64,000 bases of DNA, from assembly GCA_964562885.1 (NCBI GenBank), contig CAZLVC010000003.1, forward strand, positions 10,427 through 74,426, given 5' to 3'. This document shows positions 1 to 9,791 of the stretch, piece by piece. How positions within the stretch are numbered: the stretch's first letter is position 1; each line of letters begins with the position of its first letter. The notes under the pieces are model-generated. The model made no database searches. It was not told where the DNA came from and worked only from the letters and a program-made list of their open reading frames with translations. The translations under genes were made by a program, and so were the position numbers. This DNA comes from an uncultured Candidatus Peribacteria bacterium. GTDB lineage: Bacteria; Patescibacteriota; Gracilibacteria; Peribacterales; Peribacteraceae.

Positions 1-122
1 CCACTTTCTTTGAACAACGGAAACAGTGCTGAGGTGGCAAAGTCTGTAATCTTAATCAACAAGTATTGATTATTAACTTCAGCCAATTCGTAAGTAGACA
101 CAATGAAAAAATCTAGAACATC

Positions 123-153
123 AAAAAAGGCCCCCTTAATGATAAGAGGGCCT
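123..153 (-). terminator. Putative intrinsic terminator of the SIMPL-domain gene
   Basis: About 10 nt past the stop at 164. Stem AGGCCC (128-133) / GGGCCT (148-153) with a 14-nt loop. The plus-strand A-run 123-128 gives a U-run on the minus-strand RNA. Confidence 0.5.
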
Positions 154-163
154 CTTCATAAAT

Positions 164-937
164 TTATCGAACTTCAAATGAAAGAGTCACAGTAACAGTA
201 ATGGCCTGCTCGCCAGCTGGCACAGGAACCGATGCCATGACAGCCTCGGCACCACCTCCGTATCCATCAAAAGATTTTGCCATCATGGGCATAGGAGGTG
301 TTACAAAGTCGCCACCTTCGCTAAAGCCGATCAATTTCCCTACGCTCATTCCAAGACTTTTTGCCAGTGTTTCAGCCTTCGCCTTAGCTTTTGCAATAGC
401 TTTTTCGCGTGCTTCAGCCTTAAGCGAATCGGGATTATCAATAGAAAAATTAACATTCCCAGCCTGGTTTGCCCCTGCAGCAGTGGCAGCCGTTAGCGCA
501 TCACCAACTTTATCTAAATCGCGTAAGCGAACACTAAGCGATTCGTTAGCCTGAAAACCGCGCATATTTTGTATACCATTCGTATAGTCATACACTGGAT
601 TTAACCAAAAGTTTTCTGTCGTAATGTCCTTCTCTTCTATGCCTAATGCTTTCAGTGCATCAAGGACTTTTGTCATACGCATCTTTATAGAATCTGTAGC
701 TTCTTTTGCTGTTTTCATCCGTTCAGTTACTACACCAAAGCTTACGACAGCAATATCTGGAGCACTCATGACTTTTGCGTCAGCAGTGACAGAAATGGTC
801 ATTGGCTCTTTTGGTTGTGGAGGTTTGGGCTTACTTTCAATATACTTTCCTCCAAGGAAAAAAAGTCCGCCAACGAGAACCGCACTGAGCAGTGACGAAA
901 CAGGAGGACGAACGATAGTGGTAGTATTCTCTGGCAT
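164..937 (-). CDS. SIMPL / DUF541 family periplasmic (BP26-like) protein with N-terminal TM/signal
   Basis: 257-aa ORF with an N-terminal hydrophobic segment. Family-typical stretch ...GFQANESLSVRLRDLDKVGDALTAATAAGANQAGNVNFSIDNPDSLKAEAREKAIAKAKAKAE... Confidence 0.75.
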   Translation of the reverse strand: MPENTTTIVRPPVSSLLSAVLVGGLFFLGGKYIESKPKPPQPKEPMTISVTADAKVMSAPDIAVVSFGVVTERMKTAKEATDSIKMRMTKVLDALKALGIEEKDITTENFWLNPVYDYTNGIQNMRGFQANESLSVRLRDLDKVGDALTAATAAGANQAGNVNFSIDNPDSLKAEAREKAIAKAKAKAETLAKSLGMSVGKLIGFSEGGDFVTPPMPMMAKSFDGYGGGAEAVMASVPVPAGEQAITVTVTLSFEVR

Positions 938-1167
938 AAAAAATAGGGGGAAGATAAGAGTAGTGTACGTATAAGACGGTATTGAAAGATAATACTTTCA
1001 ATTTTTTTCCATGTAGCTCAACCGGCTCACGCCGATGGCTTCCCTTCAGACCTCTGAGACGCCACTCACAAAATCCGCTGTAGCATCCATAAAACACACT
1101 GCATATTCCTCCCCCTACTTTACGGCAGTGGTTTTCTGTGAAGGCGGATGAATCACCTCATACCTAC

Positions 1168-1965
1168 CTACAAATCAAGTTCAATGGAAATTCGCTGCTT
1201 TTGAAAAGCTTTATAGCCTTCTTTCTCTAATCGATGAGCAAGTTCTGGACCACCACTCTCTACAATTTTTCCGTGCACCATGACATGAATATAGTCTGGG
1301 ACAACGTATTCCAATAAACGAGCATAATGCGTGACAATCACTGCAGAAAACTGAGGTCCACGAAGTCGCTCTACACCATCAGCAACAATCTTCAGTGCAT
1401 CAACATCCAGTCCTGAATCTGTCTCATCTAGTAATGCGAGTGTTGGTTGTAAAAGCGTCATCTGCAAAATTTCTGCCTTCTTTTTTTCACCTCCGGAAAA
1501 CCCCTGATTCACCGATCGGTCAGCAAATGAAGGATCCATGTGCAAACTAGCCATGGTTTCAGTAAGTAACTTTTGAAATTTAATAGGAGACATTTTTCGG
1601 TACTGTGGATCGCGCGCGCTCCTTTGCGCTTCCACTGCTGCAAAAAGGAAATGCCGCAAACTTACGCCTGCAATTTCCTTTGGATACTGAAAAGCTAAAA
1701 ATAATCCTCTCTTTGCTCGTTCGTCTGGCGAAAGCTGTAAAAGGTCTTCTCCGGCAAAATTCGCACTACCACCTGTCACCTGATACTTAGGGTGGCCCAT
1801 AAGTGTTGAGGCAAGGGTGGACTTCCCAGAGCCATTGGGGCCCATAATTGCATGTATTTCCCCAGGACGAACATCAAGCGAAAGGCCACGAATAATTTCG
1901 GCTTGATCAACAGAAGCATGAAGATGATGAACCGAGAGCAACGGATCGATGTGAGAGGTCGTCAT
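1168..1965 (-). CDS. sufC: Fe-S cluster assembly ATPase SufC
   Basis: Walker A GPNGSGKST, ABC signature FSGGEKKK, Walker B LALLDETDSGLD. Full-length resemblance to SufC. Confidence 0.9.
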   Translation of the reverse strand: MTTSHIDPLLSVHHLHASVDQAEIIRGLSLDVRPGEIHAIMGPNGSGKSTLASTLMGHPKYQVTGGSANFAGEDLLQLSPDERAKRGLFLAFQYPKEIAGVSLRHFLFAAVEAQRSARDPQYRKMSPIKFQKLLTETMASLHMDPSFADRSVNQGFSGGEKKKAEILQMTLLQPTLALLDETDSGLDVDALKIVADGVERLRGPQFSAVIVTHYARLLEYVVPDYIHVMVHGKIVESGGPELAHRLEKEGYKAFQKQRISIELDL

Positions 1966-2035
1966 AGAAAATTTGCTATACTATACTGCAAAAGAACATA
2001 CATCTGTACAATAAAACTACCCATGTAACACATTT

Positions 2036-2326
2036 ATGCCAAAAGTAACATTTACCGATCGTAGCGGACAAATCATTAAAACCGTTGAAGCCGAAAATGG
2101 CCAAACGCTGCTATCGATTGCACTTGATCATGGCGTGCCTATGGAACATGCATGTGGTGGAAATGGTTTTTGCACAACATGTCTCTGCAAGGTGCAGAAT
2201 GGAATTGATCAGCTATCTGCACGAAACGATCGGGAAGAAAATATGGGAATTATAGAAGACCCCGACCGGCTTGGGTGCCAGGCGCAGGTGATGGGAGATG
2301 TAACGGTGGAGTTAGTGGAAGAGTAG
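2036..2326 (+). CDS. 2Fe-2S ferredoxin
   Basis: 96-aa ORF with the Cys cluster CGGNGFCTTCLC and a later C (LGCQA), typical of plant/adrenodoxin-type 2Fe-2S domains. Confidence 0.8.
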   Translation: MPKVTFTDRSGQIIKTVEAENGQTLLSIALDHGVPMEHACGGNGFCTTCLCKVQNGIDQLSARNDREENMGIIEDPDRLGCQAQVMGDVTVELVEE

Positions 2327-2330
2327 AAAA

Positions 2331-2366
2331 AAGGTTGTAGGTGGTAGTTTGTAGGTTTTAGATCGT
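2331..2366 (+). repeat. G/T-rich GGTTGTAGG / TAGGTTTTAGATC motif cluster (member of a dispersed intergenic motif family)
   Basis: GGTTGTAGGTGGTAGTTTGTAGGTTTTAGATCGT. The 12-mer TAGGTTNTAGAT is shared with 46296-46307 and the reverse complement of 36375-36386. Confidence 0.4.
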
Positions 2367-2502
2367 CATGGTTCCGGACGCACTCACTTCGTTCGTGCTC
2401 CTCACCATGACACATAACATACTACGTATAATTGTTTCTGATTTTCTGCGTGTCATGGTGAGGAGTGTTTGAACGCAGCGAGAACGCGTCTCGAACCATG
2501 AC
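2365..2502. repeat. 138-nt imperfect palindrome between the convergent ferredoxin and nusA genes
   Basis: Outer arms GTCATGGTTC (2365-2374) / GAACCATGAC (2493-2502). Inner arms CTCCTCACCATGACAC (2398-2413) / GTGTCATGGTGAGGAG (2450-2465). 36-nt central loop. Confidence 0.6.
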
Positions 2503-2597
2503 CAAGTGACAATATTGCATACTCTCTTATCTCTTCTGTCCTCCATCTTACTTCTTCCCTTTCGAATCATAATCCTAGGACAATGTTGAAATGGTCA

Positions 2598-3797
2598 CTA
2601 CGCTGCCAATGTGGGAGCAACTTCTGTTGGCTCTCCTTCAGAAGAATCCATGTTTTCGGTACTTGCAGGAGTAACAATTGTCACATCAACTTCCTCGCCT
2701 TTTAATTCGGCAAGCTTTGCCTTAAATGCAGGAAGTTCCTCGTAGTTATACATATCAAGCTCGAAGCCCGTAAGTTGAGTCGCAAGGCGAATGTTCTGAC
2801 CCTTTTTACCAATAGCCATAGGACGTTGTGCTGCTTCCACAAAAACTGCTGCGCGCTTTTTAACAATACGTCCTTCGGAATCTTCATGTGTTTCGCTGTT
2901 CACGAGTATCACTGCCGAGATACTTGCAGGTTGTAATGCTGTTGAAATAAGTTTAATAGGATCATCGGACCATTCAATCATATCCACGCGTTCGCCGTTA
3001 ATTTCCTCCATCACTGCTTGGATACGCACACCTTTTTGTCCAACGCATGCGCCAATTGGATCAATTTTAGGATCGCTACTCTTCACTGCAACCTTGCTAC
3101 GCATGCCTGCATCGCGTGCAATACCCATAATTTGCACATCACCATTACGAATTTCTGGAATTTCCAACTCCAATAATTTTCGGACAAAATTAGGACTTGT
3201 ACGCGAAATGCGTAACTGAGGTCCTTTGCCTGTTAACTCCACTTTATCAAGATAAACACGAATGCGTTTACCCGTGTAATAATGCTCACCAGGAATTTGT
3301 TCCTTCCATGGCAAACTGACGGTCATTCCTTCAACTTCCAACGTGACCCAATTGGGCTCCGACTTTGTCACAGTCGCTGTAAGGAGTTCGTTCTCACGAT
3401 CCTTAAACATGACGTACAAACTTTGTTTTTCAACTTCTTGTAACTTTTGAATAATAACCTGCTTAGCAGCCTGAGCAGCAATACGACCATAACCAACTGG
3501 TGTCACATCGATTTCAATTTCATCGGCAACTTCAGCATCAGGCTTAATTTTTTGTGCATCTTTTAAGCTAATTTCAAAATTATCATTCAATACTTCATCA
3601 ACAACTTCTTTAATAAGAAGAACCGTGGGCATGTCTTGATCTTCGCGTAAAATAACACGAATTTCTTGTTCCTTATTTCCAAAATCCTTGCGGTATGCAG
3701 TGGCAATTGCCTGCTTTACAGCCTCTAAAACATCGTCCGGCTTTACATTACGTTCGGCACAAAGTTGATTGAGAGCAGCAATAAATGTAGCGCGCAT
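2598..3797 (-). CDS. nusA: Transcription termination/antitermination factor NusA
   Basis: 399-aa ORF. NusA N-terminal domain, S1-like segment and two KH-like segments (…GACVGQKGVRIQAV…, …AIGKKGQNIRLATQLTG…). Confidence 0.9.
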   Translation of the reverse strand: MRATFIAALNQLCAERNVKPDDVLEAVKQAIATAYRKDFGNKEQEIRVILREDQDMPTVLLIKEVVDEVLNDNFEISLKDAQKIKPDAEVADEIEIDVTPVGYGRIAAQAAKQVIIQKLQEVEKQSLYVMFKDRENELLTATVTKSEPNWVTLEVEGMTVSLPWKEQIPGEHYYTGKRIRVYLDKVELTGKGPQLRISRTSPNFVRKLLELEIPEIRNGDVQIMGIARDAGMRSKVAVKSSDPKIDPIGACVGQKGVRIQAVMEEINGERVDMIEWSDDPIKLISTALQPASISAVILVNSETHEDSEGRIVKKRAAVFVEAAQRPMAIGKKGQNIRLATQLTGFELDMYNYEELPAFKAKLAELKGEEVDVTIVTPASTENMDSSEGEPTEVAPTLAA

Positions 3798-3901
3798 ACA
3801 TGGGGTGGGGAATAAGTCGGAAAAGCAACCAGCACGAATAAATCGTACTAGTGAAGCTAAAGGAATGATAGCAAACTTAAGCTAATGAGCAAGGAAAATC
3901 T

Positions 3902-4840
3902 TCACTTTTTAGCATAAAACCCTTTCAGAAAAGATCTCCTGTGCCTACCTGCCATCGTAGGAAGGAATGAAGCAAGGAAGTAAAAAAATAATTTTAGACC
4001 TTTGGGCACACGATCGAAAGAAGGAGTTGTTGCAGTAAGTTGTTTTGCCGATTTCCCGAGAGTTTCCATCCGTTGAAGCGATTGCGAAAGCTCGACATGG
4101 TGATGATGAAGCGCCTTTGCATCTGGCTCATAAAAAAGCTTGATATCTGCATCACTAAGCCTCATACCCCACTCAATATCCTCCCATCCATAGGTAAGAA
4201 GATCTGATCTGAATGGAAATTTTTTAGCAATTTCAAGCGGTAAGCTGATATGACTGGCATAGGAGAACTGATGTTGAATATTTTTTAGTAAAAAGTGATG
4301 AGAATATTGTTTGATAAATGGATACCCAAACTGCCACCCACTTTGTTCAAGCCAAATCATAATAGGGGTAATGCCAACGGTGGGATCCCACGTTGTAAAA
4401 CCAAGGACACACATCGGTGACTGAGAGCATTGTAAAAGGCGAAGATGAATGGAGCATGCATCTGGATCCAAAAAAATATCATCACCAATGAATAGTACGT
4501 ACGGAGAGTGTGCATGCTTAACGCCAAAATTTCGGGCAATCCCCTGCTGAGATTTTTCAACCTCATAATAGTAAATGTTCAGCTGCGAATAAGACCGTAC
4601 AACCTGCTCGGTTTCACTATCGCCCACGCCATCGCTTACAACAATAACCTCTAGATCACTCGCAATAGTTTGCATTGTAAGATGCTGTAAGCACTGACGC
4701 AAAATTTGCGGTCGCCGATGTGTAGGAATAATAACGGAGAGGAGAGGCACAAACGAAAAATGAAAAAGATGTACAATGCCACCAGAAGATCCAGACGCAT
4801 CGTACATGTTTTTAGTTATTCTTGCTTTGCTATGATACAT
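3902..4840 (-). CDS. Family 2 glycosyltransferase
   Basis: LSVIIPTHRRPQ... then VIVVSDGVGD and FIGDDIF (DxD-like), typical of the GT2 fold. The start may be the ATG at 4807 rather than 4840. Confidence 0.75.
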   Translation of the reverse strand: MYHSKARITKNMYDASGSSGGIVHLFHFSFVPLLSVIIPTHRRPQILRQCLQHLTMQTIASDLEVIVVSDGVGDSETEQVVRSYSQLNIYYYEVEKSQQGIARNFGVKHAHSPYVLFIGDDIFLDPDACSIHLRLLQCSQSPMCVLGFTTWDPTVGITPIMIWLEQSGWQFGYPFIKQYSHHFLLKNIQHQFSYASHISLPLEIAKKFPFRSDLLTYGWEDIEWGMRLSDADIKLFYEPDAKALHHHHVELSQSLQRMETLGKSAKQLTATTPSFDRVPKGLKLFFYFLASFLPTMAGRHRRSFLKGFYAKK

Positions 4841-5452
4841 AAAACCCTCTTTTTCGATTTTGCATCACATCAAAAATCAATAGCATATATTGACGGAAAT
4901 ACTGTGGCTGAAAGTAAAAGCCTAGAAGCCAAAGCTACCGAGGAAGAAGTGATGAATGCCCTACACGATCTACTAGAAAAAAATACTGCGGGAGGAAAAG
5001 TACAACTTACCAGAATTGCGACGATAACAGGGCCAGGAGGATTTATGAGCCTCCGTGTTGGCTTGAGTATTGCAAATACCTATGCGTGGCACCAAAAAAT
5101 TCCCATCGGAGGAGTGCGACTGGACGAAGTTTGGAAGCAGAGAATACAAGACAAAGCATCAACAATATTTTGGATACACTCCACAAAAAAAGAATTATTT
5201 TTTATACAGAGACTTTCAGAAGCAATAAAAGCAGAGCCTGAAATTGTTTCGTTGACGCAACTACAAGAACTTCTGCAAAAGGAAGAGAGTCCAACATACG
5301 TTGGAGAACTTTTACCAGAACAACTACAGGTATTGCCATCGCTACGGTTTGCAAAAAATATTGATTCTCTAGAATCTGTCTTACCTTCGCTCGTCAGCAC
5401 AATTTCTTATAAAAATGACTTGTTGCTGCCATGGTATGGACGAGGAGCGTAG
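4832..5452 (+). CDS. tsaB: tRNA t6A biosynthesis protein TsaB (YeaZ-like)
   Basis: Motif ITGPGGFMSLRVGLSIANTYAW matches the TsaB GPGSFTGLRIG region. I prefer the ATG at 4832 (MIHKTLFFDF...); the longer ORF from 4706 runs antisense into the GT2 gene. Confidence 0.7.
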   Translation: MIHKTLFFDFASHQKSIAYIDGNTVAESKSLEAKATEEEVMNALHDLLEKNTAGGKVQLTRIATITGPGGFMSLRVGLSIANTYAWHQKIPIGGVRLDEVWKQRIQDKASTIFWIHSTKKELFFIQRLSEAIKAEPEIVSLTQLQELLQKEESPTYVGELLPEQLQVLPSLRFAKNIDSLESVLPSLVSTISYKNDLLLPWYGRGA

Positions 5453-5601
5453 AATTCACGAAAGGAACTATCATAGAAAAATAAAGCCCTGTATTGTATG
5501 ATTCGAAAAAGATAGGCTGTCTTCCTTCATAACCTTGGTCGCCTTTGCCCCTTCGGTCCCCTAGGGTCCCCTTTTTGTCCCCACCTACTTCCCCCAACGA
5601 T

Positions 5602-5907
5602 ATGCCACCAAAAAAAACATTTAAGCCGTCCGTAACCTTTACAGTAAAATTTGATAAAAAAATCTCACGACTCTTTATTTTTCGTTGCCTGTGGTTCCCT
5701 GTCATCATTGTACCCTGCATCATCATAGGAATTTGGTTTGGTATTTTAAACTTCGTTCACTTTTGGTACATGCTTATTTTAGGCAAGCGCAGCGAAGAAA
5801 TTTGGCTACACCAAATGCATGCCATTCGATACATAACTTATTGGAATGCTTATTTAAAATATTACGTCAATGCGCGTCCGCCTGTATGGCCTTGGAATGT
5901 AGAATAG
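5602..5907 (+). CDS. Small membrane protein, DUF4389-like
   Basis: Two hydrophobic helices and ...WYMLILGKRSEEIW...IRYITYWNAYLKYYVNARPP, reminiscent of DUF4389. The ATG at 5602 is preferred over the upstream Pro/Ser-rich extension. Confidence 0.5.
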   Translation: MPPKKTFKPSVTFTVKFDKKISRLFIFRCLWFPVIIVPCIIIGIWFGILNFVHFWYMLILGKRSEEIWLHQMHAIRYITYWNAYLKYYVNARPPVWPWNVE

Positions 5908-5973
5908 AAAGAGCAGAAGCCATTTTCTTTCTTCTACAGTGCTGTGTACCACAAAATGGTATACTCTACGCCT

Positions 5974-8667
5974 ATGTCAATAATCGATACCATTAATAAA
6001 CTCCTTGGGGACCCAAGTAAAAAGGAATTGAAGAAGATGATGCCCCTTGTGGGTACAATACGTGCGATACAAAAATCTTCAGCAATTACGAACCTGACGC
6101 TAGAAACGATACCAATGAAAACTCAGGAATTACGTGAGCGAGTAAGAAACGAACTGGCCTCAGGAAAACCTCTGCAAGAAGTACTTGATGCGTTACTGCC
6201 CGAAGCTTTTGCTGTTGCAGTTCGTGCATGCGAATTACTTGTGGGGACAACTGTCACTATTGGAGCACAAACACTCACATGGAACATGGTTCCTTTTGAT
6301 GTGCAATTACTTGGAGGAATGGTATTACACCGGGGAGCAATTGCCGAAATGCGTACAGGTGAAGGTAAGACATTAGTCTGTACCCTTCCCGTGTACCTTA
6401 ATGCCCTTGCCGGAAAAGGCGTACACGTCGTAACCGTAAACGACTATCTGGCAAAACGTGACGCCGAATGGATGGGCGTACTGTATAAAGCTCTAGGCTT
6501 AAGTGTAGGAACCATTGTACATGGACTAAACCACGAAGAAAGGAAAAATGCCTACGCCGCAGATATTACATACGGAACAAATAATGAGTTTGGTTTCGAT
6601 TATTTACGAGACAACATGGCAGGGGCAATTGATCGACAGGTGCAAAGAGGGCTGCATTATGCAATTGTCGATGAAGTGGACTCAATTTTAATTGACGAAG
6701 CTCGTACCCCGCTCATCATTAGTCAACCTGCTGCGGAATCGACACTGAAATATGACCTGTACGCAAAATATACGCGCGAATTACAAGAAGGAGTTCATTT
6801 TGAAAAAGACGAAAAACAACGAACAGCGACCCTTACTGAGGAGGGAATTAAAAAATTAGAATCACTCATGAATGTTGAAAACATTTACACAGATAAGGGT
6901 TTTGAAGAAGTGCACCACATCGAGCAAGCATTAAAGGCTCATGCAATTTTTCAGCGCGACACAGACTATGTTGTGCGTAATGGAGAGGTAATTATTGTAG
7001 ACGAATTTACCGGGCGACTTATGCCAGGAAGACGCTACAGCCACGGGTTACACCAAGCTATTGAAGCAAAAGAAGGTGTGCCCGTGCAACGTGAAAGTAA
7101 AACGCTGGCAACTATTACCTTCCAAAATTACTTCAGGCTTTTTAGCAAACTTGCAGGCATGACTGGTACTGCTAAAACCGAGGAAGAAGAGTTTGAGTCG
7201 ATCTATCGACTGCGTGTGTTTGTAATTCCAACGAATAAGAATACTGTACGCATCGATAAGTCGGATGCTGTATACGCAACAGTGCAGGCAAAATTTAAAG
7301 CAGTTGCAAGTATTGCAGCGACAAAATATAAAGCAGGGCAACCTGTGCTTATTGGCACAACGTCCATCGAAAAATCCGAAGTGATGAGCATGATGTTAGA
7401 GGAAATGAAGATCCCTCATACTGTGCTTAATGCAAAACATCATGAAAAAGAAGCAGACATTGTAGCGAATGCAGGACAAAAGGGAGTAGTCACCATTGCA
7501 ACAAATATGGCAGGACGTGGCACGGATATTAAGTTAGGTGAAGGCGTAAAGGAATTGGGTGGCCTTGCAATTTTAGGAACCGAACGCCACGAAGCAAGGC
7601 GTATTGATAACCAGTTACGTGGACGTGCGGGACGACAAGGCGACCCGGGTGAAAGTCAATTTTTTGTAAGCATGGAAGATGAATTAATGAGACTATTCGG
7701 GGGAGATCGACTAAAGTCGATGATGAAAAGACTAAACGTACCTGAGGATGTTCCGCTAGAAAACTCAATGGTGTCGCGCTCTATAGAAAGTGCGCAAAAA
7801 AAGGTTGAAGGACGAAATTTTGATATTCGTAGGCATGTCGTGCAATACGACGATGTCATGAACAAACACCGAGAAATTATGTACAAACGCCGTCAAAAAT
7901 TACTACACACAATAGGAGAGAAACTTGAAGAGGAAAAGCAGCATGTAAACGGCTTGCACGAAGAGCTACATCAGCTCCTTTCGCAAGAAATAAAGATGTT
8001 GGGAGAAGAGCACTGCACAGGAATTGACGCAGATGAATGGAATATCTCTGCCCTAAAAACTGCGCTACGTGGTTTCCACCCCGACTTGGAACATGCAGCA
8101 ACCGAACACGACCTTCGGTCGTTAGGGACAACTGAAGAAGTGGTAACGCAGCTCATCACCATGGTTCATTCTTTTTACGAAAAGAAGTGTAAGCACTTTG
8201 GAGACGAAGCGGCAAACCGTGCCGAGCAAATTATCTCTCTCCATTCCATTGATACACATTGGATGGAACATATCGATGCAATGGCGCATCTACGAGAGCA
8301 AGTTGCCTTCTCGGGTTATGCACAACGCGATCCGCTCATCGAGTATCAGGATCAGGGATTTAAACTCTTCGAACGACTGCTCCGTTCCATTACCTCCACA
8401 ACAATACGCGCATTACTGTTAACCGATTTTAGGCAATTTGCACAACAGCAAATAACAGTAGCGGATAATGAAAATTTACAAACGAATGAAAAAGAGATTG
8501 AAGAGCAACTAACAGGAAAATCTTCTGTCATTGATGAAAATGTCCTTGGATTGCAGCGAAAAAATAATGTACAAATTCCTTTGCAAAATTTTGAAAAAAC
8601 TGGTCGTAATGACCCCTGTCCATGTGGATCTGGAAAGAAGTATAAAAAATGCCATGGCGCGGAATAA
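5974..8667 (+). CDS. secA: Preprotein translocase ATPase SecA
   Basis: DEAD-motor motifs (MRTGEGKTL, IVDEVDSILIDEARTPLII, TNMAGRGTDIKLG) and a C-terminal zinc finger CPCGSGKKYKKCHG. ORF-track position 5944 is a GTG; the ATG at 5974 gives the canonical MSIIDTINKLLG N-terminus. Confidence 0.95.
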   Translation: MSIIDTINKLLGDPSKKELKKMMPLVGTIRAIQKSSAITNLTLETIPMKTQELRERVRNELASGKPLQEVLDALLPEAFAVAVRACELLVGTTVTIGAQTLTWNMVPFDVQLLGGMVLHRGAIAEMRTGEGKTLVCTLPVYLNALAGKGVHVVTVNDYLAKRDAEWMGVLYKALGLSVGTIVHGLNHEERKNAYAADITYGTNNEFGFDYLRDNMAGAIDRQVQRGLHYAIVDEVDSILIDEARTPLIISQPAAESTLKYDLYAKYTRELQEGVHFEKDEKQRTATLTEEGIKKLESLMNVENIYTDKGFEEVHHIEQALKAHAIFQRDTDYVVRNGEVIIVDEFTGRLMPGRRYSHGLHQAIEAKEGVPVQRESKTLATITFQNYFRLFSKLAGMTGTAKTEEEEFESIYRLRVFVIPTNKNTVRIDKSDAVYATVQAKFKAVASIAATKYKAGQPVLIGTTSIEKSEVMSMMLEEMKIPHTVLNAKHHEKEADIVANAGQKGVVTIATNMAGRGTDIKLGEGVKELGGLAILGTERHEARRIDNQLRGRAGRQGDPGESQFFVSMEDELMRLFGGDRLKSMMKRLNVPEDVPLENSMVSRSIESAQKKVEGRNFDIRRHVVQYDDVMNKHREIMYKRRQKLLHTIGEKLEEEKQHVNGLHEELHQLLSQEIKMLGEEHCTGIDADEWNISALKTALRGFHPDLEHAATEHDLRSLGTTEEVVTQLITMVHSFYEKKCKHFGDEAANRAEQIISLHSIDTHWMEHIDAMAHLREQVAFSGYAQRDPLIEYQDQGFKLFERLLRSITSTTIRALLLTDFRQFAQQQITVADNENLQTNEKEIEEQLTGKSSVIDENVLGLQRKNNVQIPLQNFEKTGRNDPCPCGSGKKYKKCHGAE

Positions 8668-8715
8668 CGCACTAGCAAAAAGAGAGTAAAGGTATGTTTT
8701 TCTTCTATATTCTGC

Positions 8716-9681
8716 ATGTCACTCTTCCCTGAAAAAATCTTTGGGCATACAAAGGAACAAGGTCATCTACTCCGTGATATTGCAACAAATAACATTGCAC
8801 ATGCGTACCTTTTTTCAGGACCAGAACACATAGGAAAATTTACTATTGCTAAATGGTTTGCTTTTGAACTTTTACGAAAAGAATACGAGGTACATGCAGA
8901 ACAAAAAGTCCTGGAGCAGATGGAGCGATTAATTCACCCTGATTTCTTATGTGTTGATATGCTCTGGGTTGAGGAAGAAACAGATGATTGGTCAGAAATT
9001 GCACGCTATTCAAATATTCCGCAAGAACATAGGGCAAAGGCTCCTGCAGCAAAAACTAATAGTATTAGTATTGATGATGTACGTGCAATTGTTGAGAGAG
9101 TATCAGTCACTGGTGAAACAAAAAAACTCTGTTGTCTTATTCGTAATATTGAACGCATGCAGCCAGCAGCGATGAATGCATTTTTAAAAATTTTGGAAGA
9201 ACCTCCGCCAAGAGTCATCTTCATCCTCACGACATCGAGTATTCGTACGCTACTACCTACTATCGTCTCACGTACGAGAGTTGTACAATTTTTTCCGCTA
9301 AAAATAAGTACCATGCAAAAGATGATAACAAAGCCAAATGAAGATACTCAGTTTGCGCTGCATATTTGCCAAGGTGCACCAGGACGATTTTTTTCACTCC
9401 TTTCAGATCCAGATACACTGCGCGAACAAAGGCAATTACACATACACGCTCGACAATTTTGGCGGACGAACAGTGTGTTAGAACGTTTACAGTGGCTTAT
9501 GCCATTAGTTGAAAAAAAGGAGGGATTAAACACAGTGGTACAACACTTATTTTTAGCTCTACGCGAACAGGAAGATCCCAACCTTAAAATTAAAGGTACC
9601 CATGCACTTACAAAGCTAGTAGAAGGATTGCAAACTAATGTTCATAAGGGACTACTGTTTGAAAAATTTTGTCTCGAATAA
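8716..9681 (+). CDS. holB: DNA polymerase III delta-prime subunit
   Basis: AHAYLFSGPEHIGKFTIAKWFA (P-loop-like), ...NAFLKILEEPPPRVIFILTT..., SRTRVVQF (sensor) pattern of clamp-loader delta-prime. Confidence 0.8.
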   Translation: MSLFPEKIFGHTKEQGHLLRDIATNNIAHAYLFSGPEHIGKFTIAKWFAFELLRKEYEVHAEQKVLEQMERLIHPDFLCVDMLWVEEETDDWSEIARYSNIPQEHRAKAPAAKTNSISIDDVRAIVERVSVTGETKKLCCLIRNIERMQPAAMNAFLKILEEPPPRVIFILTTSSIRTLLPTIVSRTRVVQFFPLKISTMQKMITKPNEDTQFALHICQGAPGRFFSLLSDPDTLREQRQLHIHARQFWRTNSVLERLQWLMPLVEKKEGLNTVVQHLFLALREQEDPNLKIKGTHALTKLVEGLQTNVHKGLLFEKFCLE

Positions 9682-9791
9682 GAAAATCATCAAACATACA
9701 CCACGATGTTCATAGACAGTTCGAGGTGAGTAAGAGAGAAGAAAAAGTTTATTCCTCTACCTTCTTACGCCTTGGCTGAGGGATCAAAAAC

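Noticed and set aside
4706-4831. N-terminal extensions offered by the ORF track (4706 for tsaB, 33838 for the SLH protein, 28764 for HAD, 26124 for nrdR, 5944 for secA, 58889 for operon gene E).
   Set aside because: The extensions overlap neighbouring genes, begin at GTG/TTG codons or add non-homologous residues before canonical N-termini or signal peptides. Internal ATGs give family-typical starts.
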